NCBI GenBank assembly: GCA_030295235.1 | Contig: AP026151.1 | Coordinates: forward strand, 744,001-808,000 | Direction: 5' to 3' | Source of the DNA: Fistulifera solaris | Taxonomy: Eukaryota | DNA: 64,000 nucleotides | Shown here: positions 12,690 through 24,728 of the stretch, piece by piece | Layout: the number at the start of each line of letters is the position of its first letter | Numbering within the stretch: the stretch's first letter is position 1 | Program-made: the position numbers and the translations under genes | The notes under the pieces: model-generated | Database searches by the model: none | Told to the model about the DNA's origin: nothing | Seen by the model: only the letters and a program-made list of their open reading frames with translations

Positions 12690-12920
12690 TGATACAAGAT
12701 AAAGAATGAGGAAGCAAAATCTCCAACAAACAATAATCTGGGCTAAAATTAGTTTGTAACAAAATCTTAATGCATCTGGCTATAATCTATTTCTGTAGTG
12801 CCACTTTTTTTCTGTGCATTTTGGCTAAAATTCTATTTCGACAGCAGTACCACTTTGTTCCGCTCTCCGTCGTTTCACAACCTATCACGTACTCGAATGT
12901 ATCGTACCATCGGGCTTTTC

Positions 12921-14255
12921 CTACTCAAGCACTTTGGACTGCAACATCATATTCCACATCCAACACAGGAACAATCCCAATACCACCCATGTCTGCCAAT
13001 CTTTCATGCCTTGTGCCGGATCATGCGCAAATACAAACGGCCAAGGACAGCGTTTCGCGGTCGTATCCGCAGTCAAATGCTGTTGTTTCGTTTTGAGAAA
13101 GGGACATTCGTCCGAGGAGGCTGCTACTTCGGAAACCGCCGCTTGTGACGCATACGCCAAGGCATCTTCCAACGGCCGTACGGTGGCCCCGGGCACATTG
13201 GCTTGGACATCGAGTTCTTCAAACAATCGCATATTGAGACAAAATGCGACATTGGCTTCCGCCACGATGCGTTGAATCTGTTCTTCTGTCAACGGTAAAG
13301 CATCCAATGCTTGGCGATACTGATCCTTGAACAATTTCATTGACGAAATTTGTTCAAAGTGATAAAATTCCAATCCCTCGTTGGTTTTATTCAACGATAA
13401 TGCCCGACGCGCCACGCGTGCCAAAACTTTGCCACCACTCAAATCCCCCAAGTAGCGTGTATACGCATGTGCCAACAATAGCAAGGGATCGGTTTCCGCG
13501 ATGTGATGCAGACGATGGATATAATCTTGCGTTGCGGGTGTCACCGGAGGTAGTTTCGAGCCCCACCAGTAGTCAACATCTTGTTCCAAGGTTTCGGTTC
13601 GTCGCAATTCGTGGGGAAAATGGCACGAAGCAAAGTATTGTGGCGCGACCCGATCCAAACACTGTTCTAATATCAAATACACATGATACAGCATGCCCAC
13701 CATGGCAGCGTACAGATCCCGATCAATTTTGCCTTGAATGAAATTCTTGACGAAATGAACATTTTCCGCCGCTTGATGAGATCGAGCCGTTCCAGTTTTC
13801 AGTGATTCGGATAATGACGAGTGTTGTTGTGGAGCGCTTGTCGTATTCGCCGGAGGGTCAACACTTACAGAGGCATCAATGACCCTGTTCTCTTCGTGTT
13901 GCTCAAGTTTTTCTTCCTCATTGTCACCTTCTTCGCATTCAATTAAGCCGGCCATAATCGCAGCTAATGACATTTGTTCTAAAGCTTCGCGAAATGAAAC
14001 TCCCGGACCTTCTCCCTTTGTGGTGTCGACATGGCGTTGCTGCAGATCTTGCAACAACTGTAAGAAGGAATTGTTCTGCAAATGCGATGCCGGCAGTTGT
14101 TGTAATTTCTGTTGAATTTGTTGCGCATCTTTCGCATCTTTGAACGGACACGTGCCTTGTGCAAAGACAGGACATTGTTGCCAGTCTTGCTTGGTTTGTT
14201 TCGGTAACGTCGCGTACGGGCAAGAGGATTCGGTCGTAGTTGTGGTAGAGCTCAT
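12921..14255 (-). CDS. Heme oxygenase with multiple Cys-Pro motifs and a C-terminal membrane anchor
   Basis: LKTGTARSHQAAEN (proximal His), AHAYTRYLGDLSGG, EANVAFCLN. Confidence 0.92.
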   Translation of the reverse strand: MSSTTTTTESSCPYATLPKQTKQDWQQCPVFAQGTCPFKDAKDAQQIQQKLQQLPASHLQNNSFLQLLQDLQQRHVDTTKGEGPGVSFREALEQMSLAAIMAGLIECEEGDNEEEKLEQHEENRVIDASVSVDPPANTTSAPQQHSSLSESLKTGTARSHQAAENVHFVKNFIQGKIDRDLYAAMVGMLYHVYLILEQCLDRVAPQYFASCHFPHELRRTETLEQDVDYWWGSKLPPVTPATQDYIHRLHHIAETDPLLLLAHAYTRYLGDLSGGKVLARVARRALSLNKTNEGLEFYHFEQISSMKLFKDQYRQALDALPLTEEQIQRIVAEANVAFCLNMRLFEELDVQANVPGATVRPLEDALAYASQAAVSEVAASSDECPFLKTKQQHLTADTTAKRCPWPFVFAHDPAQGMKDWQTWVVLGLFLCWMWNMMLQSKVLE

Positions 14256-14712
14256 ATGGTTATAATTGTTGTGCTGCTATCGTCTCTTCTCCTGGAAATC
14301 AAACTAATCGGTAATGTTTCTTTATTGCAAAGAAAAATAGAAGTGAAAAGATGATAAAAGCAACAAGAATAACAAGAATAACGAGGACAATAAAGAACAA
14401 TAAAAGAATGACAACGCGCTGCATGTCTCGTCGTCGAAAAAACGCCACACAGGCTCGCAGTCGTGGCCGAACGGACGACGCACGCGCCAGCGGACGCCGG
14501 ACACGCGATTCGCGACAGGATTTACGTTACGGAGTCACGAACATGACGACAGAAATGGTGTCAACGGCGCTCGCGAAAAAGATTGCGACAAACAACGCGA
14601 GATACAACGACAAACAAAAATCGAACAGAATCTAAAAGGGCAAAAGAGATCGAACAAAAGATCCCTTTTCCTTCGAATGCACAGTTTTCATCTATTTATT
14701 ATGCTTACGAAG

Positions 14713-15777
14713 ATGACGACAATTTTCTCGGCCGCCAAAACGAACACATTTCTACGCTACGCTCCTCGTTCGTTTGTGTCGCAACGTCGGACACTTCTTT
14801 CGTGGTTGCGGGGTGGTGGTGACAGTAACAGCACTAAATTAGAAATGGACGATGATTTTGGACCCCTCAAAGCCAAAGATTTCGCGAAAGAACGTTCGTA
14901 CCCCAAAGTCCTGTGGAATCAACATCCAGTTTCGGTCAGTGCCGTTTGTGGGTATCGCAGTTAGTGAGTATAGTGACGAAGTGACTGTATTTGCGATAGA
15001 ATATCATTCTCTCTCACACTTGTGTGTAACAGCATGGAAGACGATTTTGTCATTGCGCACAATGTGTGTGGTGTCTTTGATGGACACGGTGGACGTCACG
15101 TCAGTGCGTATTTGGCCCAGAATTTGCCCGCCGAATTGCAGACTGCCTTGCCCGACGGTCCCACACTGGAAGATCACGAACGCGCCTTGCGGAAAGCATT
15201 ACAACACATCGACGAAAAAGTCTTGCAAATTCGACATTGGAGTTATCAAGGAAGTACGGCCGTCGTTTTGTATTTGACGCCACACGGTATTCTCGTGGCC
15301 AACATCGGAGACAGTCGGGCCGTCTTGTCCCATCAATCGCGGGCTGTAGCACTCACCAAAGATCACAAACCGAACGATCTGCACGAATGGACCCGGATTG
15401 AAGCCATGGGAGGGACCGTCGAATTTGATGGTTATGTCGATCCCCAGGGCGTGCCCTTTGGTTGTTATCGTGTCAATGGCAATCTCGCCATGTCGCGGGC
15501 GATTGGGGATCGCAGTGAACGACCCATTGTCATAGCCGAACCCGATATTTGTTGTTTTGAATTGTCGAGCGAATGTGAGTTTGTGGTACTGGCGACGGAC
15601 GGATTGTGGGATGTCATGGACAATGAGGAAGTTGTACAGTACATTCATAAATATGGACAGCGAGACGAAGTCGCGAGTTGGCTGGTGGAAGAAGCCTTGC
15701 GGAGAGGGTCGTTGGACAATATTACCGTCGTGATTGTGTGGTTTCGGCATGCGGCGAAAGTGGAAGAGGACTTTTGA
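14713..15777 (+). CDS. PP2C-family protein phosphatase with probable mitochondrial presequence; intron 14964-15032
   Basis: Spliced GYRSYMEDD, VFDGHGG, GSTA, ANIGDSR, DHKP, LAMSRAIGD, ATDGLWD, DNIT. Confidence 0.92.
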
Positions 15778-16370
15778 AGAGGTGGCAGCTGAATGCAATG
15801 AATCGAGTGACGTTTGTCAGCGGATTTGAGGTTACTGATCTCTGACTTATTCAGTCTCTATTGAGTTTCATCCCATGATCAGAAAGGAGTATTGCAAGTG
15901 CAAGGACGACCAGTCCCTAAATCAACGGGACTGATTCTTTCGCGACGAAACCTAGCGATGTCCCGACCGACGGACGGTTCTCATTTTCTTTTGTGGCGGC
16001 AAGCAGTCGTGTTGGGACTTTATAGGGTCAAAGAGGTGGTTGACAGTATCAATTGAAGTGTTTAGGGTCATTTTGCTCATTCAATGACCCAAAAATCCAT
16101 AGGGGCTATTCTCCACTTCGCTGCTGTATGTCCATGGTCGGCAGACTGTAGAAGGATACGTAGAAACGAGTACCAGGATAGTAGAATACGTTCGATCCCA
16201 ACACGCGTCATCTCGGCTTTTTTCTTTTTTTGTTTGTGATGCCACTCTCATTTTGTTGTCAAAACACAAACATCTTCAAGTCGACCTTTTATTTAGGTTA
16301 AAGAACAACAAATCCACTTTCATCTCTAAGTTTTCTGTTCTTAATTCAGTAAAAGAAAGAAAGAATCACG

Positions 16371-17348
16371 ATGGCTGACTGGATGTTTTACATGAAAAGA
16401 ACAAGGAGAAGGAAGCCGTCAAGGCCAAGGAACGTGAAGAGAAGGAGAAGCTCAAGGATGTGCTCATTACTGGCACCGCCGAAACGGAGATCCGCAAAGC
16501 TCAATTTGAACGAGTAAGTTTCCTACTCTGTGTTTGTCTTACCTCTCAAGATTTCATGGAAAACGAGCTTGTTATTTGTGTCAGTCGTTTCGGTGACGGG
16601 ATGATGTCGTCGTCGTGTCAGAACGTCCGTCACCATGTTCATACGACTTATCTCACGGGCTCATTCCTTCCATTCCTTCCGCTTATTGCGAAAATGCAAA
16701 CGATTTTTAATGCCCTCGTCTCCCTTAGGAAAAGAACTGGGCCGCCACCGGTCGTGAAACCAAATCCAGCTTGAAGGATGTTTTGATTACGGGCACTGCC
16801 GAAACCGAGATACGAAAAGCTCAATTTGAACGAGTACGTCGTTGATTGCGGAATTGTCGTGTTTTTTGTTTGCTCGTGCTATGCAATTTGTTGCTGCCTT
16901 TGTGTCAGTCAGCGTTGTGTGTCATCATCCAAATCACGCCATGTTGTGGTGCCAGTCTGTCTCTTTGGCCCTACGAAATCTCACCTATTCCTCTCTCCTT
17001 TCTTATCTCCTTCTTCTCTTTACCTTCTCCATTATCTTATTATTACCATAGGAAAAGAACTGGGCCGCCACGGGCCGTGAAACGAAATCGAGTTTGAAAG
17101 ATGTCAACATGGCCACGGCCGTGATTGAAACGGAAATTCGGAAAGAACAACACAAGCGGTACGTCGTGCTATGGAAAGGAATGAGAATACGATTGTGAAA
17201 TAGTTGTCACTCATACGGATGTTGTGCCTTTCTCGTCTTTTTTTCTCTTCTCTTTGCGTTTCGCAGTGAACAAGAGTGGAAACAAACATCCAGAGAGACC
17301 ATTAAAAAGAACGAAGATGTTAACATGGCCAAAGCCGCATTCGGTTAA
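16371..17348 (+). CDS. Small hydrophilic tandem-repeat protein (~145 aa); exons 16371-16513, 16729-16833, 17052-17158 and 17267-17348
   Basis: Three GT..AG introns; repeat EKNWAATGRETKSSLKDVLITGTAETEIRKAQFER is conserved in protein with synonymous nucleotide changes between exons; needs one extra base near 16381. Confidence 0.75.
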
Positions 17349-17878
17349 ACTGTTCGTTCGCACTGTAGTGAATCCATCGGGACGACAAGTTCCTTACGGA
17401 GTTATCGGTGGCGATTGGAATCCATGTGCGACTTGAAAAAAAAGACAAAAAATGAATCTTCATTATTAGAGAAAGCAATAACAACAAGATTTGAAAGAAT
17501 GTATACGTATGATGGTTCCTAGATTCATTCCACTCGTTGTAGATGCTGTGTAACGTCATGCCTTGGGAAGACCGAGACGACGACTCGAGGTCTAGCTAGC
17601 CTAGAGAGTTGCGTTGCTTATAGTTTTCGCCTTCCTTCAAAAATAGTATATGACAGACCGGTGTTGAATTCATCGGCGAAGTGTCGCACTGTACTACTCC
17701 GATGATACTCTTTCTGAAAGATCGCAAAGAGCGGCAGAAGGATTCGGACATCGCGAGAAGGAGAAGAATAGCAACAATAAACAACAAAACTAGAGAAAGG
17801 AGATCTTCTTATTGTTGTCATTCTATCAATTATCCTTCTATACATATTCGTATTAAACTCAATCAACACACAAAAAAA

Positions 17879-18923
17879 ATGAAATTTCGTTCGTCACTGG
17901 TACAACGCGTCTTTACAACGACACAACAAACACGCTCTCTTTCTGCTTCCGCCAAAGTTTGGGTGAACAAAGACACGCGGGTGATTTGTCAAGGATTCAC
18001 CGGAAAACAGGTTCGTCTTTTTTGAGTTACTGGTAGTCTTTTCTATGTCATTTCTCATCCTCCTCTTTCAACAGGGAACATTTCATTCAACACAAGCAAT
18101 CGAATACGGCACCAACATGGTCGGAGGCGTGACACCCAAAAAAGGAGGAACCGAACATTTGGGTTTGCCCGTCTTCAATACCGTCCAAGAAGCCAAAGAC
18201 AGCGTCCAACCCGATGCGTCTGTCATTTATGTTCCTCCTCCCTTCGCGGCACAAGCCATTTTGGATGCCATTGCCGCGGAAATTCCTCTCGTGGTCTGTA
18301 TTACCGAAGGGATTCCCCAACAAGACATGGCCCGCGTCAAACACGCCCTCAAACAACAGAGTGTCACCCGACTCATTGGACCCAATTGTCCCGGAATCAT
18401 CAAACCAGGCGAATGCAAAATTGGGATCATGCCCGGATACATTCATACGCCGGGCAAGATTGGGGTCGTGAGTCGATCGGGGACGTTAACTTATGAGGCC
18501 GTGTGGCAAACGACGGTCGCGGGCTTGGGACAAAGTACCTGTGTCGGCATCGGTGGCGATCCCTTCAATGGGACCAATTTCATTGATTGTTTAGAACGTT
18601 TCACGAACGATCCCGAAACGGAAGGAATCATTATGATTGGTGAAATTGGTGGTTCCGCCGAAGAAGAAGCCGCCGAGTGGTTGAAAGAATACGGTGACCC
18701 GAACAAACCCGTCGTGGGCTTTATTGCGGGCATGACGGCACCGCCGGGACGTCGCATGGGACACGCGGGGGCCATTATTGCCGGTGGAAAAGGTGGTGCG
18801 GCCGAGAAATTTGCTGCCCTGGAAGCGGCCGGGGTCCACGTGAGTCGTTCGCCGGCCCGACTCGGTGTTACCATGTTGGAAGCCATGGGATTAGAAGTGC
18901 CCGAAACGAAAGTGGCGTCGTAA
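17879..18923 (+). CDS. SUCLG1: Succinyl-CoA ligase alpha subunit, mitochondrial; intron 18011-18074
   Basis: [40 protein letters not shown]. Confidence 0.97.
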
Positions 18924-19010
18924 AATGACAAATAATCAAGTTCTTACTATTTCTAGATTGTAGTGGTCTTTTGTTTCTTACTGAATGTGTGTAGTATTAC
19001 TATGTTGCAC

Positions 19011-19937
19011 TTACAATTCATCTTCATCATCGTCACTAAACAAATCTCTTTCGGGAAAATCTCCGACTTCCACATTCTTTCCACGACAATAAACGCCATA
19101 TTTGTCGTCGCACTCGAAATAACGTCGCCCGGTCTTGACAAAGGTCCCATCATTTTGTCCGACAGGTTCATCCAAAATGATCCCGACCCAATAATCCTCT
19201 TCTTTGCCTCCGACCCACGCCACGTGTCCCCGACGTTGTCCCGGTGTCACTTGACAGCGGGCTCCGACCACACAATGTTCCACCGATGTGGCGTCGTAAG
19301 TATCAATAGTAGTAGGAACAGCTTCCACAACACCCTCGGGAGTGACACGAAATCCGGCCGGCAACGGCATTCCCAAACGATGCGCGTGTTTCGCTTGTTG
19401 CAATGCCGCATGCTGTTGAGCGTGTCCCTGCAAAGAAAATTGCGGATTGTGTCGCAATTGTTGTTGTTTCCACTGATACAAGGTACCTGGACGCTCCCGA
19501 TATGCGGCATCACTAAGTTGATATTTTTCCACCAAGGCCGTATTTTCCAATGCACCGTGTGCCGAAATCGAATGTGGATTCGTATCGATGCAATGCAATC
19601 GAATAGTTGTTGTTGACACAAAGGAAGGAGACAAAAATATCCCAAAGGCCGTTGCGCATCGATGTCATGATACGCCGGCAAGGTTGTCACAGGTTCTCCC
19701 GGTACATGCAACTGTAACACCAAATCATCGACCAAACTTCCCGTTTTCTGATGAATGACATGATAAACTTCTTGTAGACAGACAGAACGAAACAACCGAA
19801 TCTCCAAATGTTGTTGTTGTAAATTGGAATACGTCAAATTCACCAACACGAGATCGTGCGGCAAATTGCGACAATGAGGCGCCGTCACGTAATGGCGCAA
19901 CGCGCTTTTCATTTCCCTGCGCATTGTACGTTGTCAT
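19011..19937 (-). CDS. TBCB: Tubulin-folding cofactor B (ubiquitin-like domain + CAP-Gly)
   Basis: Ubl with [45 protein letters not shown], ends DEL; frameshift at the run 19633-19637. Confidence 0.9.
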
Positions 19938-20120
19938 TCTTCTTCCAGTAGAGCAGTGGTATAGATAGAATCGAATGCTGTGAATGAACAACACAATAAA
20001 ACGACGATTAACAATGATGCTTAATAAAAGAAATGCATGGCGTCTCCGTGTGCTTGCCTCAGAGTTTCCGTCTGCCTTTTTCAAGATAAGAACAATAATC
20101 ATGCGTTGTCTTTCGTATTT

Positions 20121-20174
20121 ACTATAGACCCAAAGTGTTGGTTTTAGGAGACCACGACTGCGTTTCAGTCATGA
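20121..20174 (+). repeat. Dispersed ~53-bp hairpin element copy
   Basis: ACTATAGacccAAAGTGTT...CACGACTGCGTTTCAGTCATGA. Confidence 0.8.
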
Positions 20175-20294
20175 GTCAAGATTGCCATATGCCTCACCAA
20201 CATTTTCCTTTTGCAACACTAGACTAGACTACAATAGACTAGCGAGACTAAACATTTTTATATAAATTACTCACATCACTCACGGTAATGTCCA

Positions 20295-21424
20295 TTACTG
20301 CGACGCACTCGTCACCGGCTGACAGTATTCGGCAATGGTCGACATGTCAATGACGGAACGCTTCGCCCCGGACGTGCCTTTGATCATGGCATGGAAGTGT
20401 GCATTGGCATCCTTGGCCGGAATTACTTGCATTGGGGTACGATCTGATGTTGGGCACAAAAGTCCAACATTTCTTGGCGTCCTCTTGCGTACCGCCAATC
20501 AAGGACCCTTCCACGGAATGGCGACTGAAGATGAGAGGAAAAGCGCCAACTTCCATGGGTTTCGCGACCGCGCAACAAGACGTAGTTTCCACCGACTTTG
20601 AGTGTATTCATCAAGGGGGCAATGGCGTGCGGCGCCGAGACGGTATCGAGAATAAGATCAATGGAGCGCGGCCTGATCCATGGCGGACGCATCGGAATGC
20701 ACCAACAGTTCCGCACCGAGCTTCGGCGTCCGCCTTTTTGCTGTTGTTGCGAGAAAAGACAACGATGCGATCGACGTTCATGGCCTTGGCCAGTTTGACC
20801 GCCATTTGACCCAATCCACCAAATCCGACAACTCCGACCGTCTTGCCGGCACCACCACCTTTTGTAAAATGTGACGATTGAGGGGCGAGAACGTGGTGAT
20901 ACCGGCACACAAGAGAACACCCGCGTATTCCATTTTCATGCTGGGGGGAATGTGGAATACAAAGTGCTCATTGACGGTAATGGCGCCGAGTACCCACCAT
21001 TCGTGTGATAACCCACCGCATTTTGAAAATTATCTCCCTGTCCCTCAGGGAAAGTACTACCGTACGTTTGAATCATTTTCGGACAGTGCTGTTCTAATCC
21101 CTGTTGACAGAGATCACATTCACGGCACGAACTGACCATGCAACCGACTCCGACTTTGTCTCCGACCTTGAATTGCGTCACTTGATCACCGACTTGACGA
21201 ACCACTCCGGCAATTTCGTGACCGGGAGCAATAGGCCACGAATCAATACCCCAATCACCATTGCAGGCGTGACAATCGGAATGACACATTCCGCAAAAGA
21301 GAATGTCAATAGCCACATCGTATGGACCGGGTTCGGGTCGTCCGATGGTATGCGGCTGAAGTTGAGCTTCCTTGTCGAAGGCCGCTAATGCGTAAACGTC
21401 GTTACCGTTTTTGATAGTAGCCAT
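20295..21424 (-). CDS. Zn-dependent NADP alcohol dehydrogenase (cinnamyl ADH/YahK-like), multiply frameshifted; possibly a pseudogene
   Basis: CGMCHSD, PGHEIAG, GVGCMVSSCRECDLC, GGYS, LCAGIT, VGFGGLG, GSLIGG and EMLDFCA are spread over several frames. Confidence 0.85.
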
Positions 21425-22004
21425 GGTTCGTTTGTAAAAAAGGAAGAGAACGCTTTGAGTTGATTCAATGAATCAGAATTAATTTTGTGGTAGCGAGATG
21501 ATCTGGAAAAACGAGAAACGGTTTTGTTGTTTTGCATTCGAGGCTCGACGAGCTTCTTCGAACTTGATCGTACTATAATGATTAGTGTAGGAGTACTAAG
21601 AAATCGAACATTCGAGAAGCGGTGAACGGCGGAGATGTCGGGATTACGTCATTGAAAGGAACTTGGCGTCATCGCCCGAATTTCTCCGTAAATAGGCCTA
21701 ACAACTGTACCTTAGCTAATGGTATCCGAGCCATTGGTTTCAAAATTTTCGATTTGTTTTACACGCTAAAGCAATCATCATGTTTGATTCTTTCAATTTC
21801 AAACATTCTGCGAAAATTGTCGTCAGTCGTCGTCGACATTTGCAAAAATTACTTGCAATCATTTATAGATATGCTTGCCGCGTCTGGGATCAGCAGCGAC
21901 CGCACGAATAGAACGCATCTGAATTTTCATCGAACTGTAGCTACACTTTTAGCCAATCGCTTGATTTGTTGCATCGACAGAAGTCAACTGGGTTTTTTAC
22001 ATTT

Positions 22005-22265
22005 ACTATACCTATAAAGTGTAGACGACGTTTCTCGCGAATGGATTTCAGTCATGAACAGCAGCTGCGTTTTGCATTTTGTGTGAGATGAGATCATCTG
22101 TATGCGTTGCATGAAATTTTTCCTGTCACTGAAATTTCGTTATAATTGAAGTGCATTTCATTTTCAGTTGTAGCCTCTAAAGAGAGGTCGCTTCTCGATT
22201 GGAAAATGTGCTATAGGCGCAAAGTGTTTTGTCCGTTTTTGTCCACGACTGGATGTCAGTCCCGA
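22005..22265 (+). repeat. Two direct copies of the ~53-bp hairpin element (22005-22057 and 22210-22265)
   Basis: ACTATAcctatAAAGTGT...GGATTTCAGTCATGA and CTATAGgcgcAAAGTGTT...CCACGACTGGATGTCAGTC. Confidence 0.75.
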
Positions 22266-22446
22266 GGGGCGATGCATGACGTCATGCACGTTGTCATTCG
22301 GTCGAACATGTCGTGCTATTATGCTTTTCATTGTTTGCTTCATGAGCCTTATTACAACCAGCAAGCCAAACGATTGTGATTAGCTTTGATTACAGCATAA
22401 AGAACTGTTGAAAACGAGGAACCGAAAAGGGAAAAACGCAACGAGA

Positions 22447-23488
22447 ATGGCGCACAATGGAATACGATCGACGACACGACACTTTACTTCCATTAGTTTT
22501 TCGGGGGCTGGATTTTTAGCGTGTTATCATTTGGGTGTCGCGGAATGTTTGTTGCGGCACAATTTGCTCATGCAGGAAAAGTTCATTATCACGGGTGTCA
22601 GTGGGGGCGCCTTGGTCGCTTCTGCATTGCTCGCCGGAGTGACACCGACCGATGGCCTGTCGGCGGCGTTGGCCATCAGTGAGACGACACGACAACATCG
22701 GTTCGATGCCTTGCAGCCCGGATTTTCGTTAGTCGATGAAATGTATCAACATTTTGAGCAACTGGTACGGGATGCCGTGACAAATGAAGAACTCTTTTGC
22801 AACAGGTCAATGGCACATTGCGCATCGGATTGACGGATCGGCGGGTCTTTCCTCCCGTCGGAGAGAATCCGCACGCGTATATGGTAGTTGACACGTATCG
22901 CAGTGTCGAAGATGTTCTCGCGGCGGCCTTGCTGTCATCGTACGTACACCCGGTGTTACGGGCCCCATGGGTGGGACGTGGGATACGCGACATTCGGTCT
23001 TGCCGTGGGCGTCTCGACAAGTCCATGCCATGATGGCCGAGGGCTGTGTCAAACACGGTGTGACGGGGCAACCGATTGTACCCCATCCGGATGTGACGAG
23101 TCGAGAAATTTGTTGGGACGGTGGTTTGGTCAATGCCTTTCCGATAGTCGATCAACAAACACTCATGGTGGCTCCGGTGGCGGTCGATTTTCCGCATCAT
23201 CCGCATACCATCAATCCCGCCGTGCGGCAGAGTCGTTGTCCAGTGCGTGTCTTGCGGCACAATCAATGGGTCTCGTTTCACTTGACGCGAGAGAATGCGA
23301 TACGACTGCGTCAAATTGTCATGAGCAGTGATGCGGATGTATTACAAGCACGATTTGCGGAAGGCTACGATGATGCGCAGCATTATTTGGAACATAACAA
23401 TCTCCTGTCGGTTCATGGAGTCGTAACAACATCGACATTGAGCAATGATGCCACTATGGAGACAGGCAAAGGCATAGGATTGAGCTGA
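22447..23488 (+). CDS. Patatin-like phospholipase/lipase (PNPLA/ATGL-like), frameshifted
   Basis: SFSGAGFLACYHLGV, GVSGGA (GxSxG), LLSSYV, WDGG; at least two indels, one at the T4 run 22795-22798. Confidence 0.85.
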
Positions 23489-23633
23489 CCCGTAGACAAC
23501 GCCGCTCTGTCTGATGAGTCGTCGTCCAACTTTTGATAAATGTTTTCGATATGTATTTTTTATTCATGTTTGCTACTAGTACTTCATTGATTGACTCTTT
23601 CCCAAGGTTCCCCTATACTCTCGGTCGGCATCA

Positions 23634-24728
23634 TTATTTCTGTTTGCTGGCGTGTTCCGTCGCCCGTTGATCTTGATTTTTCAAATACCGCTGCATGGTC
23701 TCGCCCGATACAGTTGAAGCAAGCTCCTTGTGTGCTGCGGAGAGGGCAAAGTTCTTTCTTGCAATGTACTCTTGCATGGCCTGCTTGTACCGATGCTTGT
23801 CGGCTTGAGCCATTTCTTCGTACTTATAGAGAGCTTCTGGATCGATTTGATTCCATTTCTTCGCAATCGCCTTGGCCATGTCCTCAAACTTAATTCCGTG
23901 TCGTTTCTTTTTGATGCGTGCGCTTTGAGGTTTCTTCCCGTCACCAGTTTCTACGCGAATCATCTTTTCCCTCTCTTCTTTGAAGAAATAATTGTACGCG
24001 GACAATGGCCTCTTTGGCTTGTCGCCAACCACCACACGTGATGCCTGTGGCTCGGGCCCCTCACGCGGGTTCTCCGGCGCAACTTTGGGAGCGGTATCAG
24101 CTGCTAAAATAGACGTGTCTTCTCTCATTGTTACCTGCAAATCGTCTCTCGGAGGCGATGCACGGACCGGATGCAATTCTGGCACATGGAGTCGGGCCGA
24201 TTGGATACTTTGTTGTTGTTGAAGCCATGCCAAATTTGCCACTGGCATCGGAATATCGTAAGGACGCATAAATGTCGGCCGAGTCGCAAACGTAGGAGAT
24301 ACCACAATGTATTGTGGCTGCATATGTTGCAGCATGCGTTCTTCGTAAGTAGCAGGATAGTGATACATGGGTGGCGCGGGAAACATCTGAGGAAATCCGG
24401 ACAGGACAGGACGACGAAGAAACGATTCTTGCGGTGTTAATTCCACATCGGCGCGCCTCGACATGATATCATCATCTCGCTGGTCCTTTTGACGCCCTTG
24501 TTGAGAGATGGGCAAGGAATCATCTGGCTTGGAACTGGAGGGGACGTAAACGTAGGGTGGGAGCTGAACGGATGGGTTCGACTGTCCTGTCGAAGCACCC
24601 ACATGAAGCACCCGACGACGTTCCTCGTCACTTTGCGAATGCGACGAGACTTGCGTGTCGGTCTTGGGTGATATAGCATTTGCTTCGGTAGTCGCGGTGT
24701 TGATGGCTTTAAATGTCTTCTTGAACAT
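23634..24728 (-). CDS. HMG-box DNA-binding protein
   Basis: KPKRPLSAYNYFFKEER...FEDMAKAIAKKW...YEEMAQADKHRY. Confidence 0.9.
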   Translation of the reverse strand: MFKKTFKAINTATTEANAISPKTDTQVSSHSQSDEERRRVLHVGASTGQSNPSVQLPPYVYVPSSSKPDDSLPISQQGRQKDQRDDDIMSRRADVELTPQESFLRRPVLSGFPQMFPAPPMYHYPATYEERMLQHMQPQYIVVSPTFATRPTFMRPYDIPMPVANLAWLQQQQSIQSARLHVPELHPVRASPPRDDLQVTMREDTSILAADTAPKVAPENPREGPEPQASRVVVGDKPKRPLSAYNYFFKEEREKMIRVETGDGKKPQSARIKKKRHGIKFEDMAKAIAKKWNQIDPEALYKYEEMAQADKHRYKQAMQEYIARKNFALSAAHKELASTVSGETMQRYLKNQDQRATEHASKQK

